Assembly: GCA_900128395.1 (NCBI GenBank)
Contig: LT649280.1
Coordinates: 1-46,326 of the forward strand
Source of the DNA: Stramenopiles sp. TOSAG23-2
Lineage: Eukaryota
DNA length: 46,326 bases
Direction: 5' to 3'
Part shown: in pieces, positions 10,401 through 20,408 of the stretch
Position numbering within the stretch: position 1 is the first letter of the stretch
Layout of the letters: every line of letters starts with the position of its first letter
Notes under the pieces: model-generated
What the model was told of the DNA's origin: nothing
Seen by the model: only the letters and a program-made list of their open reading frames with translations
Databases searched by the model: none
Made by a program: the position numbers and the translations under genes

Positions 10401-11715
10401 ATGGGGTGGGATTATATTATAGCAAGATATTTTGTATTAAATCCATTACGATTTTTTTTTGATCATATATGTTGGTATTATGCTTATTTTTATATGAATA
10501 ATAAATTCATGTCATATGTTGCGTGCGATTGCCAACCGTGCCATTTAAATATTGTAGTCGATAGAAATTATAAATATGGTAATCGTGATGATGAAATCTT
10601 AGATATAATAAGTCCAACTGGACCGAATGTTGAACATAAAGGTCCTTTAATATATGCACATGGTGGTGGTTGGGTATGTGTAAATCGAGAGTTATTAATG
10701 CAATCAATAACACCATTTATTCGAGCTGGGTATACGGTTTATATTATTGATTATCCATTAGCGCCTGAGAATAAATTTCCACTGCCATTAATATCAACGT
10801 TACGTGCTATATCATGGGTAAAACGCCATACTGGACATGAAAGTGTGACGTTGTTGGGAGATTCTGCTGGTGGAAATTTAATGACGATGGCAGCTGCTTT
10901 AATATATAATAAAACATTATTAAATCAATTCAATCAAACATTAGTAGATTATGATGTGAATTATTATCACAAAAACAACATTAATGTATGGGATTATCCA
11001 TTGATTAATCATGTAGTTTCTATATATGGTGTATTAGATCAAACGCATCATTTGAATAAAACCGAAAATGAAGAATTAATGAAACATATGAATTTTATTG
11101 AACGATTTTTTTTTCAAAGCACAAATTTCGATTTTAAATTTTTGTTTTTACTCGTATCGACATCCAAATGATAAAGAATTTTTTGATGGTATATTAACCC
11201 TCGGTGATTTATTACAACGGGAAGATGAAAATGGTGATAATGTTATACGTAATTATCCCCCATTATTTTTAGCATGTAGTCGACAAGATCCATTAATTTC
11301 ACATACAGTATATATACATGATATTATGAATAATAAAATTAATAACAATCAATTTCAATGTGAAATGTTTATATGTGATGGTATTCATTCGTTTCATGGA
11401 TTACCAATACATTTAACTTTTGGATATTGGAAATCACAATCTTTTCTAGCAACAAAGCATATTTTAAATTATATAACAAATGGACGTATTCAATTGGAAT
11501 TGGATGAAAATATAGTCGTCAATTTTGATTTTGGATTGTTTTTTTATTTATTTTTTTTATTATTTGGTATATTTTGGCTTAGTTCATTTATTATTTATAT
11601 TTTAAATTCATTTCAATATATTGTAAAAATATGTATGGTAATATTATTTTTTTCAATAATATGTAGTCGATATATATTGAAAAGAAGAAGAGAGGGAGAG
11701 GGAAAAAAAGAATAG
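10401..11715 (+). CDS. HSL-family alpha/beta hydrolase (esterase/lipase) with C-terminal TM helices; apparent 1-nt frameshift at T9 11106-11114
   Basis: HGGGW, DYPLAPE..FP and GDSAGG in the first ORF. Candidate catalytic Asp (QDPL) and His (GIHSF) in the second frame. Deleting one T joins them as ERFFF-KAQIS. The 5' end may be spliced (pyrimidine tract + AG before the ATG). Confidence 0.82.
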
Positions 11716-11977
11716 GGAGAGAATAAATAATGATAGTTGGTTTAATTGCGCCGGCATTATTAATTGTTATATAAAATATATACTTTGTATATTATATATA
11801 CATTTTAGTCGGATTCAGTCGAGTGCCTCGATGCAAAAGAGGCCGTGTCACAAATTGAAAGCAAATATTTGAAATACTAATCTCTATCAACGTTTACAGC
11901 GAATATATACTTCCTAATCCGTCACATAGCACCATATACACTGTATAATTATATTAGTTTGGGTAAGAGTTTAAAAT

Positions 11978-13330
11978 TTACAGTCTAATTGATAATCTTC
12001 TCTTTTGCGTTACTCTAGCGGATGGTTCCCATATAAAATCAATACTATTTAGTCGGCGTATTTGTTCTTCTGTTAATTTATAATCAGCATTTCCTTTCTT
12101 TGTTTGTCTTTGCCTATTACACCATATACCAAGATTAATTGTCTCCTTTTTTCCATCTTCATATGTAATTGTATGTTTGTAATTTCTTGATGGCCATTTA
12201 TGTTTACCATTTTTCTCTTTAAATTCTTTCAATGCTTTGAAATATTTCTCCCATACAAATGTATTCGGATCCCATATAAAACCAATAGTATTTAGTCGGC
12301 GTATTTGTTTTTCTGTTAATTTACCACGACCATTTCCTTTTTTTACTTGTCTTCGATTAGTACACCACACACCAAGCTTAATTATCTCCTTTTTTCCATC
12401 TTCATATATAATTGTATGTTTGTAATTTTGTAATAGCGATTGATGTTTACCATTTTTCTCTTTAAATTGATTCAATGCTTTGAAATATTTCTCCCATACA
12501 AATGTAACCGGATCCCATATAAAACCAATTTTATTTAGTCGACGTATTTGTTTTTCTGTTAATTTACCATCACCATTTCCTTTCTTTGCTTGTCTTTGCC
12601 TAGTACACCATTCACCAAGGTTAATTGTCTCCTTTTTTCCATCTTCATATATAATTGTTTGTTTGTAAAGTTTTGATGGCCATTTATGTTTACCATTTTT
12701 CTCTTTAAATTCTTTCAATGCTTTGAAATATTTCTCCCACAATGGTGAATCATGTTCCACCCCAAGTTCCTCATCCTCTCCATCACCGTCAACTTCACCC
12801 TTTATCGCAAGATTATTACTTCCATCATCTCCTCCTTCTGCTTTTACAACATCCAACATAATACACTCCAAAACCCATGTTTCCATATCAATGGTGTTAC
12901 TTTCGTCTGGTTCATCTGCTAAGTTTATCACTTCATTGACTGCATCATCACAATCAACATTGTCATTGTCAACTCCAGTTAGTAACTTTTGAAACCAATC
13001 CCTTGGGCGTTGTAAAGGATATTGTGCACCAGATTCATACCATTTATCAAAGCGATATAAAATGTTCTTTGCGTCTGTTTTATCTCTTTTCTTATCTGCT
13101 TTCATCATTTCTTTGTAAACACGTTTCATGAGACTCATACGTGGTGGTTGATGTCTGCGTCTCAATAATATACCGCCACCAGAAGGAGCATTTGTTTGAA
13201 TCCAAGATTTACAATAATATTTATATAATTCTTCATATCGTGCATTTGTTAAAATTGCATCATCATCTACATGTCGTTTTTTATTTGATGATGATGATGA
13301 TTCGCTTGAGCTATTCTTTCTTTTTGACAT
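11978..13330 (-). CDS. Helicase-associated (HA) domain repeat protein (3 repeats), predicted nuclear nucleic-acid binder
   Basis: Three units of WEKYFKAL.EFKEKNG...LG.WC..QRQ.KK...LTE.QIRRL..I.FIW. Bipartite NLS-like N-terminus (KRK...KKRH). Confidence 0.85.
   Translation of the reverse strand: MSKRKNSSSESSSSSNKKRHVDDDAILTNARYEELYKYYCKSWIQTNAPSGGGILLRRRHQPPRMSLMKRVYKEMMKADKKRDKTDAKNILYRFDKWYESGAQYPLQRPRDWFQKLLTGVDNDNVDCDDAVNEVINLADEPDESNTIDMETWVLECIMLDVVKAEGGDDGSNNLAIKGEVDGDGEDEELGVEHDSPLWEKYFKALKEFKEKNGKHKWPSKLYKQTIIYEDGKKETINLGEWCTRQRQAKKGNGDGKLTEKQIRRLNKIGFIWDPVTFVWEKYFKALNQFKEKNGKHQSLLQNYKHTIIYEDGKKEIIKLGVWCTNRRQVKKGNGRGKLTEKQIRRLNTIGFIWDPNTFVWEKYFKALKEFKEKNGKHKWPSRNYKHTITYEDGKKETINLGIWCNRQRQTKKGNADYKLTEEQIRRLNSIDFIWEPSARVTQKRRLSIRL
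12025..12745 (-). repeat. Intragenic 243-bp tandem repeat x3 (81-aa HA units)
   Basis: Trp codons starting the units at 12739, 12496 and 12253, an exact 243-bp period, with high nucleotide identity. Confidence 0.92.
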
Positions 13331-14059
13331 GTTGTATTGTTTTTATTGTTCTTCTCTTATCATATAAACTGGTTCTTGTATTCTTTCTTATTATATAAAC
13401 TGGTCCTTCTCTTGTATGTATATATATATATAGTAGTTATAATCAATTTGTTCTATTATATATATAAATATGTATGTGTGCATAATAAAAATGTAACATT
13501 GTAATACAACGTGTATTGTTGTCGTAAATTTCAATGAAAAAGAAAAAAAAGACGCATTTTTTTTCCTTGAAAGACGCGGACGACAACAAAATTGGACAAA
13601 ATGCAACAGGAATGCAATAAATAAATAAATGGTGCTAAAAAATAAATTGTACTAATTGAATTTTAATCCTATATAAAAGTATACTGTTGAAATAATTAAA
13701 CCAGAGAGGAAAACTAAAATAGCAGTCGTCGTCTAGATATGCTTCTAGATCCCTGAAAACCCTATGCTGTGTAGTGCTATATTGATTTACGGAAGTCGTC
13801 GAAAAAAAGCAGCCGCAGCAACAAATTCTTCTTCTTTTTTGTTTATAGAATGAATTGATGTGAAAATACAACAGGACGTGAGAGGAGTAAGAGTGATTCA
13901 CCACCAATTGATGTAAAGATTAAGACATATTGTTGTTGCTCCTAGTTTCTAAAACAAAGAATAGTTTATCGTATATTTACATATATACATTTTAACAGTT
14001 ACTTTATATATCGTTCACTCTTTGTGTGTGTGTGTGTGTATTTATATTCTGTGTGGCAA

Positions 14060-15892
14060 ATGACATCATTATCGAATATTGATACGGACTTAAATAATAC
14101 TTTGAAAAGAAAAGCTGAGGAAGAAAATATGGACAATAGTAACGGAGAAGATGTACTTGTTGTCTCAGACAAAATCATCCCAATAACATTGCTTTCTGGT
14201 TTTCTTGGTGCGGGAAAGACAACGTTGTTGAAACATATCATTGAAAACAAAGCAGGAATTAAAGTTGGTTGTGTTGTGAATGATGTTGCTGCTGTGAACA
14301 TTGATGCAAAACTTGTGCGCAATCAAACGACTGAGGGTGGGGATAACACAACCAATGAAATCAAAAGATTAAATAAAGATACGATCGAGTTGCAAAATGG
14401 GTGTGTATGTTGCTCGGTAAGCCAAGAGCTGGCAAAGTCGATGTGGAATTTGATCGATATTTGTGATCGACGTGGTGAAACGTTTGACCATATTATCATT
14501 GAGTCGACTGGTGTTGCGGAACCAAAAAGTGTTCGTGATTTATTTCAAGATTTCGTAGATAATGAAGAACCAATCATTGAAAGGGCAAATTTAGCAAGAA
14601 TGGTCACTGTGGTGGATAGTGTTGATTTTTTTGAAAAATTTGGCTCGAAAGATTCCATGGACAATCGTCCTGATTTAGGACAATTTCAAGGTACCTCTGG
14701 GGAAGTTGCATATCGCGCAGTAGTTGATTTATTGGTTGAACAAGTCGAATGTGCTGATATGATTATATGCAACAAAGTTGATTTAATTGATGAGAAAAAA
14801 CTTGGTTTATTGAAAACTACGATTGGAGAGTTAAATCCAAATGCTACTATTACCGGGGTATCATTTGGTAAAATTGACGTTCCAAAATTTTTAGCAACGG
14901 ACCAAGTGTCATTTACAACAAATGCGGCGAAAGGTAGTTTAGATGTAGAGCACAGGGAAGCAGTAAAAGCAGCATCAAAAAAGACGCCTTCTCCAACAAA
15001 GAAACATAAAACAAACCATGAACATGATGATCATGATCATCATTCACATGATGATTCCCACAATCACGATAATCATGAAAAGCATGCACATGGACATGGT
15101 CATAAAAAAGATGATCATGACCATAAAAAACATGATCATGACCACAAAGAACATGATCACGATCATAAAAAAGATGATCACGATCATGACCATAAAGAAC
15201 ATGATCATGACCATGATCATGACCATAAAAAACATAATCACGATCACGACCATGAAAAACATGATCATGACCACAAAGAACACGACGACCATAAACATGG
15301 ACATGGGCATGGACATCATCATGGACATAGCCATGGTGATGGTGAAGTTTGTTATGACGATCATTCCAAGGAAGATATAAGCAAACCACGTCATGAACGT
15401 TTTGGTATCACTAGCTTTGTATATTCCAAACGTCGTCCATTTAGTCATAATAGATTGAATGATGTAATTAAAGGGTTAAAATTACGTAATATGCCGGAAG
15501 GATTGCATGATGAGACAAGCCCCTTGCGCATGATCATTCGTTCAAAAGGTTTTCTATGGCTCGATAGTAATCATTTGAATTGCTTTTATTGGAGTCATGC
15601 TGGTGCCAATTTTGAAATCAAAGTCGCAGGTACATGGTGGGAAGTTTTACCAGCAGAGCAATGGCCAGATGGTGAACTTCCAAGTGAATTGAAAGAAGAT
15701 TTTGATGGATTGTATGGTGATTGTAGGCAAGAACTTGTTCTTATAGGTGTTCATATGGATGAAGAAGCTATTCGTAAAAAATTTGATGGTGCATTATTGA
15801 CTGATGATGAATATCGCCAATTTCAAGAAAGGTATAAACCAAATGATTGGAAAAAAGTTTTAAGAGAGAAATACAATATAAACGATGTGTAA
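14060..15892 (+). CDS. COG0523/CobW-family G3E GTPase metallochaperone with very long His/Asp-rich insert and CobW_C domain
   Basis: ATG at 14060. GFLGAGKTT, VVND, ELQNGCVCC (CxCC), IIESTG..EP, NKVD. C-terminal GITSFVY..RRPF...IRSKGFLW...GD.RQELVLIG. Confidence 0.93.
   Translation: MTSLSNIDTDLNNTLKRKAEEENMDNSNGEDVLVVSDKIIPITLLSGFLGAGKTTLLKHIIENKAGIKVGCVVNDVAAVNIDAKLVRNQTTEGGDNTTNEIKRLNKDTIELQNGCVCCSVSQELAKSMWNLIDICDRRGETFDHIIIESTGVAEPKSVRDLFQDFVDNEEPIIERANLARMVTVVDSVDFFEKFGSKDSMDNRPDLGQFQGTSGEVAYRAVVDLLVEQVECADMIICNKVDLIDEKKLGLLKTTIGELNPNATITGVSFGKIDVPKFLATDQVSFTTNAAKGSLDVEHREAVKAASKKTPSPTKKHKTNHEHDDHDHHSHDDSHNHDNHEKHAHGHGHKKDDHDHKKHDHDHKEHDHDHKKDDHDHDHKEHDHDHDHDHKKHNHDHDHEKHDHDHKEHDDHKHGHGHGHHHGHSHGDGEVCYDDHSKEDISKPRHERFGITSFVYSKRRPFSHNRLNDVIKGLKLRNMPEGLHDETSPLRMIIRSKGFLWLDSNHLNCFYWSHAGANFEIKVAGTWWEVLPAEQWPDGELPSELKEDFDGLYGDCRQELVLIGVHMDEEAIRKKFDGALLTDDEYRQFQERYKPNDWKKVLREKYNINDV
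15018..15362 (+). repeat. His-Asp low-complexity coding repeat (HDHDHKK/E units; CATGAT-based)
   Basis: About 48 His in ~120 aa, counted from the translation. Confidence 0.85.
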
Positions 15893-16451
15893 AAGGAGGT
15901 GTAGAGAGGTGTGTGTGTGTGTGTTAGCGAAAGTGAAACAATTTATACCGAGTATGATATCGTATATGATATTATGATGTATCGGTGTATATTATCATCT
16001 CGGAGAAAGATCGTGTGTGTGTGTGTATCATATTTTTAAATATACAGACAGGGAAATTGGGATTTTGATTTTTTCTCCTTAATAATTGAATTACAATAAG
16101 GCTTTAGGCTTGCCCAGCTTGCCCGCTTGCGTATAAAATATTTCAGCACATTTTTCATCAAGCGAATCACCAAAAGTTGCCATACTGGCATACTGGCATA
16201 CCTGTATAGATGAATATGAATATATTGTGTTTATTTATCGATCGACAACATTCATATGTGTGTCATAGAAATGTAATAAACATCTAGAAATTTGAAAAAC
16301 AACAAAATAAAAATAAAACAAAGCAGCGTATATATATATATATATAGAAATTTCAAACACGTTGTAATTTATTATTAATTATTTTTTTTTAAGTATTTCT
16401 TATATTAGGTATTATAGATTATATTATTTATTTATTAATTTGTTTCCAAAA

Positions 16452-17640
16452 ATGAACATGAATACATTATTATTATTATTTCTATTATCTACATTATTAG
16501 TGCATGTAACAACAGCAAATATCACAAAAAAAAAAGCAAATAAAAAAACTATCATTTTCATACCATTGGATGAAAGATATGCAACGCGTGGTTTATGGTT
16601 AAATTTAGTACGATTAGCAAATACTGAATATGACGTAAAAACTCCTTCATTAGACATAATTAGTCACCGCAAAGAACCTGCAAATTTTCAAAAATTACAA
16701 CAATGGGTTGAACATACAATATCATCAACTGTTGTTATTGATGATGATAACGAAGGAAATAATTCTTCCACTTCAACAAGTTTTATTTTTTCGTTTGAAC
16801 AGTTAATATACGGTGGATTAATCGCGTCACGTACAGGAAATGAAACATTATCTACAATAATGGGAAGGCTTGAATGGTTAGTAAGTTTGAAACAAAAATA
16901 TCAAGGGATAAAATTTTATTGTTCAACTACAGTGATGAGAATTCCATCTTACAATGGTGATTTTGAAGAACCATGGTATTGGGAATATTATGGGAAAGAT
17001 TTATTTGAATATTCATTTTACAGCAGCAGATATATAAATTTGAAAAATAAAAGTGATTTAATAGAAGCAAATCGTTACAAATCTTTAGTACCAAGTAATG
17101 TTTTAGATAAATTTTTATGGAGACGTGAACGAAATTTTAATATAACTTATACTTTATTTCATTTTCAACAAAAATATCATTCAATGTTTGATTCCTTGTA
17201 TTTAACATTAGATGATACTGGTACGTATGGCTTCAATGTTGATGAAGCGTTGAAATTAAAAGAATTAAAAGCATCATTAAAATTAAACGATGATATTGTT
17301 CGTATATATCCTGGGGCAGATGAAGTTGAATCATGTTTATTGTCGAAAATGATTGTACAAGATTCATTGAAGAAACCAAATATATTGATTCAATGGCGTG
17401 TACCAAATGCAACAAATTTAATACCAAATTATGAAAATCAACCTATCATTGAAACTGTGACGGATCAATTAGAAGCATGTGGTGGTAACGTTTTAACCAA
17501 AAAAATATTTATTAATGATGTACCAGATATAGTATTTGCTGTAAATAATTTTGCAAATATACCACAACTAGAAGCATCTCAACAGATACAAAATCCGGTA
17601 AGCGATTATTCCAAAGTATTTGATGATTTGACGAAAGAAT

Positions 17641-17672
<32 letters not shown>

Positions 17673-20004
17673 GGAACAATTTTAGCATTAGCAGATGTTC
17701 GTTACTCAAATGGTGGAGATATTAGTTTTGTAAATTGGCTACAATCATTGATAGGAAACCCATCAAGACCATGTTTATTGCCTGGTTTTTTCTCATATGC
17801 AGCATGGAATACAGATGGGAATACATTAGGTACTGTTGCAGCAAATGCTATTATATTAAGTGTTTTGTTATCAAATAACAACAACAACAACAATGCAACT
17901 TATTATAACCATTTTAATGAGGAGCATCATTCTTTAATAACCGAAAATAAACGTTTTACTTTATTGCGTTTTTTTGGAAGATACATATTATCAAGGAATT
18001 GGAATTAGAAATGATCTAGTGAATTACATTAGCAAAACAGATGATTCTGTTAATGATTTATCGACTGATATACAGTTTTATCAAGATTATTCATACAAGC
18101 CATTACGGTTTAAAAGTGAAATGTTAGCGAATCTTTTAAATTTAAATTTTATTGGTAACGATAATAATAGCCACATTGCTTTAAAATCGGTTTTTTATCC
18201 ATGGAACCGTACATTTGAAATTGGTTTTGATTTGTACAATGTCGTTGATTCATCGTCGACATTTTTATTATCAAAACAAAAGATGGAAGCGCTAATTGTC
18301 GAAGAAAAGGTTGAACCAACCATTTCACGTAAATTGTTGTACACTCACCGAATTATTAAGAAGGGAAATAATAACAACAATATACAATTGCAACAAGCAA
18401 AAAATGACAACCATAATGCTATTGTTGTTTCGTGTGATATAATAATTGCTGGTGGTTCTACTGCTGCATTTGCTGCTGCCCTAGCCGCTGCGGATGAAGG
18501 CTCCGATTCAATCGTTTGCTTATTAGAACCAACGTCATGGGCCGGTGGACAACTTACTTCAAGCTTAGTAACAGCTATCGATTTCGGAAAGAAAAATCGA
18601 AAAGCTTCTTGTCTTCCAAAATTATTTGCACAATATTTAATGGATGAAGGATATCCAAACGTAAATCCTGGTAAATGCTGGGTAAGCACTTTTTGTTATG
18701 AAGCAAAGGATATCTTAAATAAGTTTATTCTTCCATCAATAATGAAAAGAAAGAATTTGAAAGTTTTTTATCAAACTGTTGTTTCAGATGTTGAAATTGT
18801 TGATAATACAATCATGAAAATAAATGCAATTTCACGTACACCATTATCAGACAAACATTTACATTTACGATATTCAGAGCAAGTGAATGATTGGTATTCA
18901 GCGGAAGATTCGGAATTATTTCAAAAAACACAAATTCAGTTTGCCAGGTCAACCACATCGTCTTCAGCACCTATTGTAATAGATGCTACAGAGAATGGTG
19001 ATGTACTTGTTGTTTCCAGTGCCCCTTTTGTTCAAGGGAATGAATTTATCGAATCGGGCACTGAAAGTGATGATACATGTGGGCAATCTATCGCATATAC
19101 TATGTATCTTTCAAAAGAACAACAAGAACAGAAACTTTCATTATCCTCCAAAACACAACACCTTCGTCGCACTGGTATCAATAATGCAAACAACAATAAT
19201 AATAATAGAGCTCTTCAACAGACAAATTTTTCGCTTGGCAAATTTTCTTGGAGTCAAGTATGGAGTTATCGTCAAGTATCTCAAAATACGTCATTGATGG
19301 CATGGGGGAGTCAAGATGGACATGGTAATGATTATCCATACGGCTACCACTTTTTACCTGTCGCGGACTCTAAATCACAGAAACCATGGAAAGGTGGTTT
19401 AAATTTAACCACATTAAAAGCTGCTGAAAATTACGCCTTGGAATTCTCAAAATGGTATGTTCAGCAAGAGCCACGATTGGGCCATAAAAACATATTGCAA
19501 GTGGATTCATACGAGGACATTGGTACTTTAACTGGATTAAGTCAAGTCCCATATATACGTGACACGAGAAGAAGTATTGGAGTAAACAGTTTTCGTTTAA
19601 ATTCAACACACTTGTCCAAACCTGCTTATTTTAACGATAGGGTAGCATTAGGCGATTACATATATTTTGATGCACATAGAATGCATGATTGTAAACCATT
19701 ACAATACGATGGGGTATTGAAGCCATATTACATACCCTTGCGTGCACTAACGAATGCAAAATATTCAAATTTACTTGTAGCTGGGAAAACAATGAGTCAA
19801 ACAAATGCAGCAAATGCAGCAACAAGGCTGCACCCAGTTGAATTTAGTAGTGGAACCTCAAGTGGTGCATTTGCTGCATATATGATTCAAAATGGTATCG
19901 AAACTACTGAAGATGTGTGCTCTGATTGTAATGCAAAGTCTGAATATTGTAAATTGCAAGAAATAATAAACAAATATCAGCCTATAGAGTGGAGTAAATG
20001 TTAA
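16452..20004 (+). CDS. Signal-peptide protein: DUF4127 domain fused to FAD-dependent oxidoreductase (FAD_oxidored-type); apparent 1-nt frameshift at T7 17969-17975
   Basis: ATG 16452 and signal peptide. DUF4127 motifs FIPLDER, LIYGGLIASR, IYPGADEV, ADVRYSNGGD, YAAWNTDGNTLG, then in the next frame (RF)LEDTYYQ and PWNRTFEI. These continue into CDIIIAGGSTAAFAAALAAA...LEPTSWAGGQLT, IDATENGD, PYIRDTRR and YIPLRAL...NLLVAGK...AATRLHPVE. Confidence 0.8.
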
Positions 20005-20408
20005 AAGTATTGGTGTGTGGTGTAATATGTACGAATATGATATGCATACGTCGTACGAGTCGTATATATTTGATTTAAACATTGTTTTTTGTAAAAATTA
20101 TTACATGATATATTACGGTGTATAATATTTTTATTACGAACGTTCGTATGATATAGTAAAAAAATGTGTTTTTATTTTAAATTATTTAAATAAAAATATT
20201 TTTTTACGAGAGCGTAAATTAATATCATACGAATAGAGTTATAATACCTCCCCCGTATAAAATATCTCATACGAGAATTTCGTACAAATCTTTGTAATAT
20301 CGTACGTATGATACGTCAGGTATAAATATGCGTATAAATTAAATTATATTACGTGTACGTACGAAGTATTATACACATCAATCGATATCTGCTGCTGGAT
20401 CTTCTGAT

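Noticed and set aside
11098-11171. Treating the esterase, DUF4127 fusion and FAHD2 as pseudogenes or as split gene pairs
   Set aside because: Catalytic and family motifs are intact on both sides, and a single homopolymer base restores each frame.
12237-12992. Three similar short plus-strand ORFs starting MKYFSH
   Set aside because: Antisense shadows of the HA repeats.
13391-13907. 71-aa and 90-aa ORFs in the divergent HA/COG0523 spacer
   Set aside because: Low-complexity AT-rich translations without ATG support or motifs; more likely promoter DNA.
14913-15448. Overlapping 120-158-aa ORFs in alternative frames and strands (Met/Ile-rich, His/Val-rich)
   Set aside because: By-products of the stop-free CATGAT repeat encoding the His-rich tract.
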